A stretch of 36,281 nt of DNA from contig CALXIC010000067.1 in assembly GCA_944388265.1 (NCBI GenBank), forward strand, positions 1 through 36,281, written 5' to 3'. This document shows, piece by piece, positions 1 through 9,629 of this stretch (the first letter of the stretch is position 1; each line of letters opens with the position of its first letter). Source of the DNA: an uncultured Clostridia bacterium (GTDB taxonomy: Bacteria > Bacillota > Clostridia > Oscillospirales > Ruminococcaceae). Under the pieces are notes generated by a model. The model made no database searches. It saw nothing but the letters and a program-made list of their open reading frames with translations, and had not been told where the DNA came from. Both the position numbers and the translations under genes were made by a program.

Positions 1-152
1 GGGAATGTCCCGAGTCGATGGCAGCATTGCTGTCGTCGTTTGCCGAAGCGATGGCCGATGGGCTCAATCGTCCGCGGGAAATGTCTACAAGAACGCTTGC
101 AGTGCCCGTCAATCGGGTGCGCAAACCGATGCAGACGCGCTTGTCGGATTGA
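1..152 (+). CDS. 3' end (49 codons) of an upstream gene, product unknown
   Basis: Frame 3 is open from the window edge to TGA at 150..152. A strong terminator hairpin follows 15 nt later. The fragment is too short to assign a family. Confidence 0.35.
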   Translation, partial: ECPESMAALLSSFAEAMADGLNRPREMSTRTLAVPVNRVRKPMQTRLSD

Positions 153-166
153 ACATAAAGAAAATC

Positions 167-216
167 AGACCTTCTGTTTGGCGGTATAGACCGCCGGCAG
201 AAGGTCTATTCTTTTT
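167..216 (+). terminator. Rho-independent terminator
   Basis: AGACCTTCTG (167..176) pairs with CAGAAGGTCT (198..207). An inner GGCGGT/ACCGCC stem sits inside, and ATTCTTTTT follows. Confidence 0.75.
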
Positions 217-283
217 CGGGCATGATTTTTTTAATGGCAGGGTGCACGACCTTTTTTCTTATCAAAACTTGACAAATTTTTGG

Positions 284-312
284 TTGACGGCAACGCCCGA
301 TGCTTTTATAAT
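284..312 (+). promoter_or_regulatory. Sigma-A type promoter for the tetR-RND operon (TTGACG-17 nt-TATAAT)
   Basis: TTGACG at 284..289, an exact 17-nt spacer, and TATAAT at 307..312. It lies 36 nt upstream of the tetR ATG. Confidence 0.55.
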
Positions 313-318
313 AGGATG

Positions 319-331
319 TGACAACTTGTCA
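319..331. promoter_or_regulatory. Candidate TetR operator, perfect palindrome TGACAA-C-TTGTCA
   Basis: The 13-bp dyad lies directly downstream of the -10 box. An extra TGACAA half-site is at 270..275. Confidence 0.45.
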
Positions 332-347
332 TTTTCGGAGGGAATGT

Positions 348-974
348 ATGCCGACTCAAACGTATGAACACCTTCCGCCGGAGAAGAAACAGCGGATTTT
401 GGCTGCCGTTTGCCGAGAACTGGCGCGGGTGCCGTTCGATCAGATTTCCATCAATCGGATCGTACAGGATGCGCAGATTGCACGGGGCAGCTTTTATCAG
501 TATTTTTCCGGCAAGGATGATTTGTTTTTGCTGGTAACGGAGGATTTTGCGCGCTATTTTGACGAACGCACGCGCTTTCGTTTGAAGCAGCATGACGGCG
601 ATCCGTTTTTGCTGATTCTTGGTATTTTTGACGATGTGTGCAGTTATGGAAAGACGTCGTCGGACCGGCAGCTGTTTCAAAATTTGTTTGAACAGATGCG
701 CCAGCGCACAGATCAGAAACAGAAAAATTTTGTGACATCCTTGAGCAAACAATATTGGCAGTATCAATACCCCAAGGAGCAAAAGGGCAATGGCCATGCA
801 AAGCAACACCTGGCTTTTGAGATCCTTTGCGATCTTTTGTTCAGCGCACTGGTTCGCGTGTGGATACAGGGTGCTGCGGTAGATGAGGCGCGTGTACAGC
901 TGGAACAAAAACTCTGGCTGGTGCGTCATGGGATTGAGCGGGAAGGAGAACAAACAGATGCTGGCAAAATTTAG
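348..974 (+). CDS. TetR/AcrR family transcriptional regulator
   Basis: The N-terminal helix-turn-helix region (ISINRIVQDAQIARGSFYQYFSGKDDLF) is typical of TetR_N. GGAGGG lies 5 nt before the ATG at 348. The gene ends in TAG and overlaps the RND start by 17 nt. Confidence 0.85.
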   Translation: MPTQTYEHLPPEKKQRILAAVCRELARVPFDQISINRIVQDAQIARGSFYQYFSGKDDLFLLVTEDFARYFDERTRFRLKQHDGDPFLLILGIFDDVCSYGKTSSDRQLFQNLFEQMRQRTDQKQKNFVTSLSKQYWQYQYPKEQKGNGHAKQHLAFEILCDLLFSALVRVWIQGAAVDEARVQLEQKLWLVRHGIEREGEQTDAGKI

Positions 975-3900
975 TGTAAAAAAACCTCTGACCATCTTCG
1001 TAGCGGCGATTGCCGTGTTGGTCATCGGCATCATGGCGTTGATGGAGATGACGCCCGATTTGCTGCCGAATATCAATTTACCCTATGTGGTAGTGATGAC
1101 GCCTTATCCGGGGGCAACGCCCGAAACGGTGGAAGAGGAGGTCACCAGACCGCTGGAGCAATCGATGGCGACGTTGGAGGACATCAACAACATCACCTCC
1201 ACCTCTTCCGAAAACTATTCGATGGTGGTGCTCGAATTTCAGGACGACGCGGATCTGGATGTGGTCGGCGTCGACATTTCGGAAAAACTCGATCAGGTCA
1301 CTCCAAACTGGGATGAGAGCATCGGTACGCCAGTGGTCATGAAGATCAATCCGTCGATGATGCCGGTGACGGTTGCGGTTGTCGATCAAGAAGGTACGTC
1401 GGTCACCGAGCTGACCGATCTTTTGAACAGCACGCTCATGAATGAACTGGAAGGCACCAACGGTGTGGCCAGCATCTCCAGCAGCGGGATGATCGAATCG
1501 GGCATTCATGTGACATTGTCGGAAGAAAAGCTTGATGCGGTGAATCAGAAGGTCATCGATGCCATCAACGATCAGTTTGCCGATTCGGAAGCGGAACTTG
1601 CGGATTCCCGCGAAGAACTGGAAGCGGGCGAAGCGGAGCTGAATGCGTCGGAATCGCAGATTGCCAGCGGACAGAGCGCTTTGGATGCGGCTCAAAGCCA
1701 GGCATCGGATCAGCTGGCCTCGGCGGGGACGGAACTGACCACCAACAAAATCACGCTGCAGCAGGCGCTGAGCGAACTAGATCAGCAGATTCAAGCGCTC
1801 GATCCCCAGATTTCCACGCTGCAGACGTCGATCGATACGATGCAGTCGGCAAAAGATCAGATGGATGCGCTGGAATCCGCCGTTGCATCGGCGGAAACGG
1901 AACGCGCATCGGCGTCCGCCCAGCTGACGGTGGCGCAGGCAACGCTTCAGACCTATGAGGATCAGATCGACGCCATCAATGAAGACAGCAGCCTGTCGGC
2001 GGAAGAAAAACAGCAGCAGATTGCGGCCATCACTTCCAGTCAGGATTACCTCGACGCACAGGCTTCGGTGACCGACTGGACGTCCAAACTGGCAACCGCG
2101 GAAGAATCGTTGACGGCGGCACAAGCAGCGCTCGAAGGATATGAAACGGCGCTCGGTATGACGGCGTCGGAATTGGACGATGCGATTGCAGAGGCACAGG
2201 ACGGATTAAATCAGCTGCTTTCCGCCAAAACCACACTGCAAACCAAGCGCGATGAGCTGGAAGACGGGCTGATTTCCGTCAACGAAGCGATGACCGAACT
2301 GGAATCGCAGAAAAGCCAGCTGACTTATACCATGTCCGCCAAGGCATCGCAGTTGATTTCCGCCCAAACCGCGTTGGAATCGGGCAAACAGCAGATGGAA
2401 AGCGCCAAAACGCAGCTGGACACGGCGGAAGAACAGCTCAAAGACGCAAAGGAACAGGCGCTGGATCAGGCGGACGTCAACAGCATCATCACGATGGATA
2501 TGGTTACCCAGATCCTCACCGCACAAAACTTCTCGATGCCGGCGGGTTATATCACCGATACCGACGAAACGGAATATATGGTGCGTGTCGGCGATAAAAT
2601 TGCCGATCTGGATGAACTGAAAAATCTGGTGCTCTTTGATTTGGACATGGATGGTTTGGAACCGATCCGTTTGTCCGATGTGGCGGACGTCTTTGTCACC
2701 GACAATTCCGACGAAGTGTATGCGCGCATCAATGGAAACGACGGCATCATTCTTTCGTTTAGCAAACAGTCGAACTACGCAACCGCGACGGTTTCGGACA
2801 ATTTGCAGGAACGTTTTGAAGAACTGAGCGAAAAATACGAAGGGCTGCACTTCACCACCATGATGGATCAGGGGGAATATATCAGCATCATCGTCGGTTC
2901 GGTGCTGCAAAACCTGCTGATGGGCGCGGTTTTGGCCGTGGTGATTTTGTTCCTCTTCTTAAAGAACTGGCGCCCGACGGTGATCGTGGCGTGCTCCATT
3001 CCGTTTAGCGTCATCTTTGCGATTGTGCTGATGTATTTTTCCGGCATTTCGCTGAATATGATTTCCCTTTCGGGATTGGCCATCGGGGTTGGCATGCTGG
3101 TGGATAACTCCGTCGTTGTCATCGAAAACACCTACCGTCTGCGCAGCAAGGGCTGCACGCTGATTCAGTCGGCCGTGTCCGGCGCCGGACAGGTCGCGGG
3201 GGCGATTACTTCCTCGACGCTCACGACGATTTGCGTCTTCTTGCCGATTGTCTTTATCGACGGCATTACAAGAGAGCTCTTTACCGATTTGGCGCTCACC
3301 CTCGGTTATTCGCTCATTGCCAGCTTGATTGTGGCGCTCACGTTGGTGCCGGCCATGTCGCGCGGGATGCTGTCGCGCGTGCCGACTGCGCGGGAACCGC
3401 TCATGGACCGGGTGAAGGCGCTCTATGAACATGTGGTGCGCTGGTGCTTAAAACGGCGGGCGGTGACGCTCCTCCTGGCGGTGGTCATCATGATCGTCAG
3501 CGTGCCGCTGGCGATGCTGCGCGGGCTGTCGTTTATGCCGACGATGGAAAGTACCGAAATTTCGGCCACACTGACCATGCCGGAGGGCTCCACGCTGGAA
3601 GAAACGGCGGCGGTGTCGGATGAAGCAATTTCCCGCATTCAGCAAATCGACGGCGTGGAAACGGTGGGCGCTATGGTGTCCGGCAACTCGGTGATGTCGT
3701 TCTCCGCGGCTTCCGCCTCGACCGATTCGGTGACGATGTATATCATGCTGGACGAGGATACCAAGCGCGGCGCTACGGAGATTACAAAAGAAATCAACGA
3801 AAGCTGTGAAGATCTGGACGGTACATTGGAAGCAACGGGCGCCAGCGACTTGTCTGCCTATCTGTCGATGGGCGGATCGGGCGTGACGGCGCAGCTCTAC

Positions 3901-4998
3901 GGCAGTGATCTGACCGAAATGCAGGAAACCGCGACCAAACTGGCCTCCAAACTCGAAGAAGTGGACGGTTTGACCAACATCTCCGATGGTCTGGAAGATA
4001 CCACGCCGGAAATCACCTTGACCGTCAATAAAAACAAAGCGATGGAACACGGCCTGACCGTTGCGCAGATTTACGCGGCGGTTGCCGGTCAGCTGAGCGA
4101 TTCGGTGGAATCCACTTCCTTAAACTACAACGGGATGGATACGACCATTACGATTCAGGATGCGCGCCTGTCTTCGCTCACACCGGATGATCTGTACGCC
4201 TATGAACTGGAAGTAACCAATCAGCAGGGAGAAACGTCGACGGTGCAGCTGCAGGAACTGGTGGATGTTTCGCACACCGATTCCTTGAACAGCATCAGCC
4301 GTTCGTCCCAGCGCCGGTATTTGACCATTTCGGCGGAAGTCGAAGAAGGGTACAATGCCACGACGGTCACCAGAGAAGCGGAATCGCTCCTGGAGGCGCA
4401 GGAACTGCCGGCAGGGATGTCGCTGGAATTTTCCGGTGAACTGGAAACGATTTTAGAGTCGATGAAACAGCTCTTGCTGATGCTGTTGCTGGCGATCATT
4501 TTGATTTATCTGATTATGGTGGCGCAGTTCCAGTCCTTGAAATCTCCGTTCATCGTCATGTTCACCATTCCGCTGGCATTCACGGGCGGATTTTTGGCCC
4601 TCTTCCTGACCGGTCAGCAGGTGAGCGTCATCTCGGTCATCGGGTTTGTCATGCTTTCCGGTATCATCGTCAACAACGGCATCGTGCTGGTGGACTACGT
4701 CAATCAGCTGCGGCTGGATGGTGTGGAAAAACGGGAAGCGTTGGTGGAAGCGGGCAAAACCCGTCTCCGTCCGATTTTCATGACGGCACTCACGACTGTA
4801 CTTGGGCTGGTGTTCATCGCCTGCGGCATTGGCACGGGCGCTGAAATGATGCAGCCGATCGGGATTGTCTGCATCGGCGGGCTTTTGTACGCGACGCTGA
4901 TGACGCTCTTTGTCATTCCGGTGATTTACGATCTTCTGAATAAGAAGGAAATGAAAAAGGTCGATGAAGCGGAATTAAAACTCGTCGAAGACCGTTGA
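958..4998 (+). CDS. RND (AcrB/AcrD/AcrF-type) efflux permease with a ~330-aa coiled-coil insertion in the first extracytoplasmic loop
   Basis: 1346 aa. The N-terminus (KKPLTIFVAAIAVLVIGIMAL...LPNINLPYVVVMTPYPGATPETVEEEVTRPLE) and the two TM bundles (around nt 2880-3400 and 4480-4930) match ACR_tran architecture. The RBS GGAAGGAG precedes the ATG at 958. Confidence 0.9.
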   Translation: MLAKFSVKKPLTIFVAAIAVLVIGIMALMEMTPDLLPNINLPYVVVMTPYPGATPETVEEEVTRPLEQSMATLEDINNITSTSSENYSMVVLEFQDDADLDVVGVDISEKLDQVTPNWDESIGTPVVMKINPSMMPVTVAVVDQEGTSVTELTDLLNSTLMNELEGTNGVASISSSGMIESGIHVTLSEEKLDAVNQKVIDAINDQFADSEAELADSREELEAGEAELNASESQIASGQSALDAAQSQASDQLASAGTELTTNKITLQQALSELDQQIQALDPQISTLQTSIDTMQSAKDQMDALESAVASAETERASASAQLTVAQATLQTYEDQIDAINEDSSLSAEEKQQQIAAITSSQDYLDAQASVTDWTSKLATAEESLTAAQAALEGYETALGMTASELDDAIAEAQDGLNQLLSAKTTLQTKRDELEDGLISVNEAMTELESQKSQLTYTMSAKASQLISAQTALESGKQQMESAKTQLDTAEEQLKDAKEQALDQADVNSIITMDMVTQILTAQNFSMPAGYITDTDETEYMVRVGDKIADLDELKNLVLFDLDMDGLEPIRLSDVADVFVTDNSDEVYARINGNDGIILSFSKQSNYATATVSDNLQERFEELSEKYEGLHFTTMMDQGEYISIIVGSVLQNLLMGAVLAVVILFLFLKNWRPTVIVACSIPFSVIFAIVLMYFSGISLNMISLSGLAIGVGMLVDNSVVVIENTYRLRSKGCTLIQSAVSGAGQVAGAITSSTLTTICVFLPIVFIDGITRELFTDLALTLGYSLIASLIVALTLVPAMSRGMLSRVPTAREPLMDRVKALYEHVVRWCLKRRAVTLLLAVVIMIVSVPLAMLRGLSFMPTMESTEISATLTMPEGSTLEETAAVSDEAISRIQQIDGVETVGAMVSGNSVMSFSAASASTDSVTMYIMLDEDTKRGATEITKEINESCEDLDGTLEATGASDLSAYLSMGGSGVTAQLYGSDLTEMQETATKLASKLEEVDGLTNISDGLEDTTPEITLTVNKNKAMEHGLTVAQIYAAVAGQLSDSVESTSLNYNGMDTTITIQDARLSSLTPDDLYAYELEVTNQQGETSTVQLQELVDVSHTDSLNSISRSSQRRYLTISAEVEEGYNATTVTREAESLLEAQELPAGMSLEFSGELETILESMKQLLLMLLLAIILIYLIMVAQFQSLKSPFIVMFTIPLAFTGGFLALFLTGQQVSVISVIGFVMLSGIIVNNGIVLVDYVNQLRLDGVEKREALVEAGKTRLRPIFMTALTTVLGLVFIACGIGTGAEMMQPIGIVCIGGLLYATLMTLFVIPVIYDLLNKKEMKKVDEAELKLVEDR

Positions 4999-5022
4999 CA
5001 AATTGATCAAAGAAATGTTCGA

Positions 5023-5050
5023 AAAGCAGAGAGAAATCTCTGCTTTTCTT
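5023..5050 (+). terminator. Rho-independent terminator after the RND gene
   Basis: AAAGCAGAGA (5023..5032) pairs with TCTCTGCTTT (5037..5046), followed by TCTTT. Confidence 0.7.
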
Positions 5051-5061
5051 TGATAAAGGGA

Positions 5062-5090
5062 TTGATGCGCGGAATACTCTTTGCTATAAT
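5062..5090 (+). promoter_or_regulatory. Sigma-A type promoter for the MATE gene (TTGATG-17 nt-TATAAT, TGn-extended)
   Basis: TTGATG at 5062..5067, TATAAT at 5085..5090, and TGC immediately upstream of the -10 box. Confidence 0.5.
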
Positions 5091-5120
5091 AAAAAGGATT
5101 GAAAAGAAAGGGGAAAAAAC

Positions 5121-6476
5121 ATGGAACAGATTCAAGAAAACAAGATGGGGACACAGCCCATTTTGCCGCTTATTCTAAAGATGTCGATTCCGGCAATGTT
5201 TTCCATGCTGGTGCAATCTCTTTATAATGTGGTAGACAGTTATTTTGTTGCGAAGATTTCCGAACAGGCGCTGACCGCGGTTTCTCTTGCAAACCCGGCG
5301 CAGACGCTGATGATTTCGTTTGCCGTTGGTACGGGGGTTGGCGTCAATTCGCTGGTATCTCGCCGGTTGGGGCAGCACAATCAAAAAGAAGCAGACGCCG
5401 CTGCAACCCATGGGGTCATTTTAGCGGTGCTCACCTGGCTGGTGTTTTTGCTGTTTGGCCTGTTTGCGTCCGGTCCGTTCATCTCTTCGACGACGACCAA
5501 TCCCGAAATTGCCAAACTGGGCACGCAGTATCTGACCATCGTGCTGGCTGCATCGGTGGGTTGCTTTGTGGAAATTGCGTTTGAAAAAACATTGCAGGCA
5601 ACCGGCAATATGATTTGGCCGATGGTTTTCCAGCTCACAGGGGCGGTCATCAACATCATTTTTGACCCGATTTTGATCTTTGGTCTGCTTGGTTTTCCTG
5701 CCATGGGGGTCATTGGCGCTGCGGTTGCGACGGTGTTTGGTCAGATTATGTCGATGATTTTGTCGATTGTGGTCATGTTTGTTGGAGAACACAAGGTGAC
5801 GGTATCGCTGCGCGGCTTCCGTTTTTCGGGACGCATTGTGCGCGATATTTATGCGGTCGGTCTGCCCTCGATTTTGATGCAGTCCATCAGCTCGATTCTC
5901 AACGGCGTGATGAACCAGATTTTGATTTCCTTCAACGAAACGGCGGTTGCGGTTTACGGCATTTACTTTAAAGTGCAGTCCTTCATCTACATGCCGGTAT
6001 TTGGTCTCACGCACGGCGTGATGCCGATTATGGGCTACAACTTTGGTGCGGCGAAACGCAAACGTCTGCTTTCCGCACTGTTTTGGGGAAGTGTCATCGC
6101 AACGCTCATTATGGTCGTCGGCGTGGTCATTTTTGCCGGTTTCCCGCAGGTGGTTTTGGGGATCTTCAATGCGTCCGATCATATGATGGAAATGGGCGTG
6201 CCCGCTTTCCGGACGATTGCGATCTGCTTTATTCCGTCGGCGTTTGGCATTATGTTTTCCACCCTTTTCCAGGCGATCGGCAAGGGCAGCAGCAGCTTGA
6301 TTATTTCGGTGCTGCGTCAGCTGGTGCTGATCATTCCGGCGGCACTGATTTTGTCCCAGTTCGGCCTGATGTATGTGTGGTTTGCATTCCCGATTGCCGA
6401 AGGGATTTCGCTGATTTTCAGTATTTTGCTTTACCTGCGCGCTAAGCATACGCTCATTGACGTCGTCACTCATTGA
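5121..6476 (+). CDS. MATE family multidrug efflux transporter
   Basis: 451 aa with 12 predicted TM segments. The N-terminus (ILPLILKMSIPAMFSMLVQSLYNVVDSYFVAKISEQALTAVSLANP) is a typical MatE motif. GGGG RBS lies 7 nt upstream. Confidence 0.9.
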   Translation: MEQIQENKMGTQPILPLILKMSIPAMFSMLVQSLYNVVDSYFVAKISEQALTAVSLANPAQTLMISFAVGTGVGVNSLVSRRLGQHNQKEADAAATHGVILAVLTWLVFLLFGLFASGPFISSTTTNPEIAKLGTQYLTIVLAASVGCFVEIAFEKTLQATGNMIWPMVFQLTGAVINIIFDPILIFGLLGFPAMGVIGAAVATVFGQIMSMILSIVVMFVGEHKVTVSLRGFRFSGRIVRDIYAVGLPSILMQSISSILNGVMNQILISFNETAVAVYGIYFKVQSFIYMPVFGLTHGVMPIMGYNFGAAKRKRLLSALFWGSVIATLIMVVGVVIFAGFPQVVLGIFNASDHMMEMGVPAFRTIAICFIPSAFGIMFSTLFQAIGKGSSSLIISVLRQLVLIIPAALILSQFGLMYVWFAFPIAEGISLIFSILLYLRAKHTLIDVVTH

Positions 6477-6525
6477 CGGCGTCTTTGCCCGTTTTTGCTG
6501 ACTGATGAGCAGATGCCTTGCAGGG

Positions 6526-6554
6526 TTGCAAAAAAGAGAGGAATTTACTATAAT
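6526..6554 (+). promoter_or_regulatory. Sigma-A type promoter for lon (TTGCAA-17 nt-TATAAT)
   Basis: TTGCAA at 6526..6531, a 17-nt spacer, and TATAAT at 6549..6554. Confidence 0.5.
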
Positions 6555-6633
6555 ATAAGCCAACACGTTTTTATAAAACAAGAAGACTGCAAACCAAAAC
6601 GGTTTGTGAGATTGGCATATCAAAGGAGTACGA

Positions 6634-9018
6634 ATGGAAGGAACTATGACGATTCCGGTTTTGGCGCTGCGCGGATTGGTGGTCATGGAACATATGACCA
6701 TCAGCTTCGAGGTTGGCAGAAAACGATCTCTGCTGGCGCTGCGGGAAGCGACAACGACCGATAAAAAGATTTTTCTGGTAGCTCAGCGCGATTTGGACTG
6801 TGAGGATCCCAAGCAGGAGGATCTGTTTGAATACGGCGTGCTGGCTACCGTCCGCCAGGTGATGCGCGGACAGGATGGCGTGACGCATGTGCAGGTGACG
6901 GGGGAAGCCCGTGCGCGCCTGGTACAGGTGGTGGAAGACAATCCGTTTTTAGTGGCGGAAGTGGTTCCCGAACCGATCAGCACCAATCCGGGGATGACTG
7001 CGGTCGAACTGGAAGCGCTGATGCGTGTGCTGCGCGAACTGTTTGAACAGTACAATTACCTGCTGCCCAAACCTCTCAAAACGATGACGGCGGTGCATAC
7101 GGAAGAATCGCCCGAACGGCTGTTTGAACTGATTGCCCATCACATGATGATGGAATATGAGGACAAGCAGGCACTTTTGGAATGCAACACCTTGGGCGAC
7201 CGCCTGGGGACGCTGGTGCATATCTTAAACCATGAACGTCAGCTGCTCGAATTGGAAAAGAGCATCTACGATCAGGTCAAAGAGGAAATGGACAAAAACC
7301 AGCGGGATTATTTCCTGCGCGAACAGATGCACGTCATTCAAAATGAGCTGGGCGAAGGCGATATGGATGACGACGATGTGGCGGGATTGCTCGATAAGAT
7401 TCAGGCAATCCAGACAATGCCGGACGATACCCGCGAAAAGCTCAAAAAAGAAGCGGAAAAGCTCTATAAAATGCCGCCCGGATCGCAGGAAGCAAACGTC
7501 ATCCGCAGTTATTTGGATGTTTGTTTGGAACTTCCGTGGGACAGCGCGACGGAAGATACCATTGATCTGAAGAAAGCGCGTAAAATTTTGGACCGCGATC
7601 ATTACGGATTGGATAAAGTCAAAGACCGCATTTTGGAAACGCTGGCGGTGCGCAAATTGCAGCCCGAGGTGAAGGGGCAGATCCTTTGTCTGGTCGGGCC
7701 TCCGGGCGTGGGCAAAACGTCCATTGGCCGCTGCATCGCTGAAACGATGGGCCGCAAGTATGTGCGGCTGTCGCTGGGCGGCGTGAAGGATGAATCGGAT
7801 ATCCGTGGTCACCGCAAAACCTATATCGGCTCGATGCCCGGGCGCATCATCAATGCTCTGCGTCAGGCGAAGACCAGAAACCCGCTGATTTTGCTCGATG
7901 AAATCGATAAGATGAGCAACGATTTTAGGGGTGATCCGTCTTCTGCGATGCTGGAAGTTTTGGACAGCGAGCAGAACAACGCCTTCCGCGATCACTATGT
8001 AGAAGTGCCGTTTGATTTGAGCGAAGTGTTCTTTATCACGACGGCAAACGACGCGTCTTCGATTCCGGGTCCGCTGCTTGACCGTATGGAAGTCATCGAA
8101 CTGTCGAGCTACACCCGCGAAGAAAAATTCCAGATTGCGAAAAAGCATCTGGTCGCGAAACAGCTGGAAAAACATGGGCTCACGGCGAAGGATTTGTCCT
8201 TTACGCAGGGCGCTTTGTACGGGCTGATCGATTATTATACGAGAGAAGCCGGGGTTCGTAACCTCGAACGCTCCATCGGTTCGCTTTGCCGCAAGGTCGC
8301 GAAGCAGAAGGTGGAAGAGGGCGACGCATTTGATAAGGTGCGTCTGGCAGAAAAGGATTTGGAACGCTTTTTGGGACCGAAAAAATATTCGGTGCCGAAA
8401 CTGCCGGAGAAGAATCCGGTCGGACTGGTCACCGGGCTTGCGTGGACGTCGGTCGGCGGCGAAACGCTGGAAATTGAAGCGGCGGTCATGCCGGGCACCG
8501 GTAAGGTCGAAATCACGGGCAATTTGGGCGATGTGATGACCGAATCCGCCAAACTGGCCGTCAGCTATGTGCGGACGATTGCCGACCGCTATGGCATCGA
8601 TCCTGATTTTTATAAGACCAAAGATTTGCACATCCATGCACCCGAAGGTGCGGTGCCGAAGGACGGACCGAGTGCCGGTGTGACCATCACGACGGCGTTG
8701 GTGTCGGCGCTCTCCGGCATTCCGGTGCGCCGCGATGTGGCGATGACGGGGGAAATTTCCCTGCGCGGACGGGTGATGCCCATCGGCGGCTTGAAAGAAA
8801 AATCCATCGCCGCTTACCGCAGCGGCATCCAGACGGTCATCATTCCCGCGGAGAACGAACCGGATCTGGCGCAGTTTGATGCGGTGGTTCGCGATCATCT
8901 CCATTTTTGTCCGGTCAAGACGCTGGACGAAGTGCTGGAATTGGCGCTTGCCAAGAAGGCGGAGATCAAACCGCCCCATCATACCCATTCGGCAGCGGAA
9001 AACCGCGCCAGTTGCTGA
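6634..9018 (+). CDS. lon: ATP-dependent Lon protease (endopeptidase La)
   Basis: 794 aa. It has a LON N-domain, the Walker A motif GPPGVGKTS, and the catalytic-serine region PKDGPSAGVT followed by MTGEISLRGRVMPIGG. AAGGAG RBS lies 5 nt upstream. Confidence 0.95.
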   Translation: MEGTMTIPVLALRGLVVMEHMTISFEVGRKRSLLALREATTTDKKIFLVAQRDLDCEDPKQEDLFEYGVLATVRQVMRGQDGVTHVQVTGEARARLVQVVEDNPFLVAEVVPEPISTNPGMTAVELEALMRVLRELFEQYNYLLPKPLKTMTAVHTEESPERLFELIAHHMMMEYEDKQALLECNTLGDRLGTLVHILNHERQLLELEKSIYDQVKEEMDKNQRDYFLREQMHVIQNELGEGDMDDDDVAGLLDKIQAIQTMPDDTREKLKKEAEKLYKMPPGSQEANVIRSYLDVCLELPWDSATEDTIDLKKARKILDRDHYGLDKVKDRILETLAVRKLQPEVKGQILCLVGPPGVGKTSIGRCIAETMGRKYVRLSLGGVKDESDIRGHRKTYIGSMPGRIINALRQAKTRNPLILLDEIDKMSNDFRGDPSSAMLEVLDSEQNNAFRDHYVEVPFDLSEVFFITTANDASSIPGPLLDRMEVIELSSYTREEKFQIAKKHLVAKQLEKHGLTAKDLSFTQGALYGLIDYYTREAGVRNLERSIGSLCRKVAKQKVEEGDAFDKVRLAEKDLERFLGPKKYSVPKLPEKNPVGLVTGLAWTSVGGETLEIEAAVMPGTGKVEITGNLGDVMTESAKLAVSYVRTIADRYGIDPDFYKTKDLHIHAPEGAVPKDGPSAGVTITTALVSALSGIPVRRDVAMTGEISLRGRVMPIGGLKEKSIAAYRSGIQTVIIPAENEPDLAQFDAVVRDHLHFCPVKTLDEVLELALAKKAEIKPPHHTHSAAENRASC

Positions 9019-9027
9019 GGTGAGACG

Positions 9028-9615
9028 ATGAATTTTCAACAAGCGCAATATGCCGCGTCCTATGGGATATCCAAACAGCTGCCGGAAAGCACGCGGCTGG
9101 AAATTTCCTTTGCCGGACGCTCCAATGTGGGAAAATCTTCTCTGCTCAATAAATTGTTTCAGCGCAAGGCGCTGGCGCGTGTTTCGTCGGTGCCGGGCAA
9201 AACGGCAACCATCAATTTCTATCGGGTAGAGGATGTGGATTTTGTCGACCTTCCCGGTTATGGCTATGCAAAGGTCGGGAAAACAGAAAAATTGCGGTGG
9301 GCGGAACTGATTGAGGGGTATTTTCACCAGGACCGCAATTTTGCTTTGGTCGTGGAACTGATCGATATGCGCCATCCGGCAACCAAATTGGATGTGCAGA
9401 TGGTGGACTTTTTGATCGAGAGCGAACTGCCGTTTTTGATTGTGGTGACCAAAGCGGACAAGCTGAATAAAACGCAGTTTGCGCAGCGCATGGCATCCAT
9501 TCGCAGTGAACTTCCCTGCGGCGAGGAGTTGACCATCATTCCCTGTTCGTCGGAAAACGGACTGGGGATTGAGGAACTCCGTGCAGCAATTGAACAGGTA
9601 TGCGGGGAAGAATGA
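9028..9615 (+). CDS. engB: Ribosome-biogenesis GTPase YsxC/EngB (YihA)
   Basis: 195 aa with the G1 motif GRSNVGKSSL and DLPGYGY, in conserved lon-engB synteny. Confidence 0.9.
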   Translation: MNFQQAQYAASYGISKQLPESTRLEISFAGRSNVGKSSLLNKLFQRKALARVSSVPGKTATINFYRVEDVDFVDLPGYGYAKVGKTEKLRWAELIEGYFHQDRNFALVVELIDMRHPATKLDVQMVDFLIESELPFLIVVTKADKLNKTQFAQRMASIRSELPCGEELTIIPCSSENGLGIEELRAAIEQVCGEE

Positions 9616-9629
9616 GGGGGTAATCAATC

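Noticed and set aside
5-367. 120-aa plus-strand ORF at the window start
   Set aside because: It reads straight through a strong terminator hairpin (167..216) and through the tetR promoter and operator. Frame 3, ending at 152, is the more plausible gene tail.
972-974. Complete reassignment of TAG to a sense codon as the explanation for the two in-frame TAGs
   Set aside because: Reading through the tetR TAG would add about 113 codons of nonsense-like sequence that overlaps the RND gene out of frame. TAG must therefore terminate at least there. Only partial or conditional suppression, mutation, or sequencing error remain plausible.
6590-6606. Small hairpin CAAACC-AAAAC-GGTTTG in the lon leader
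   Set aside because: It has only 6 bp and matches no known heat-shock operator (it is not CIRCE or a CtsR box). It is likely incidental.
7225-9627. 800-aa ORF on the minus strand, antisense to lon and engB
   Set aside because: It is a mirror ORF of strongly recognisable genes. Its composition is R/H/Q/F-rich and low in complexity. It has no RBS and no family resemblance. It is an artefact of codon bias.
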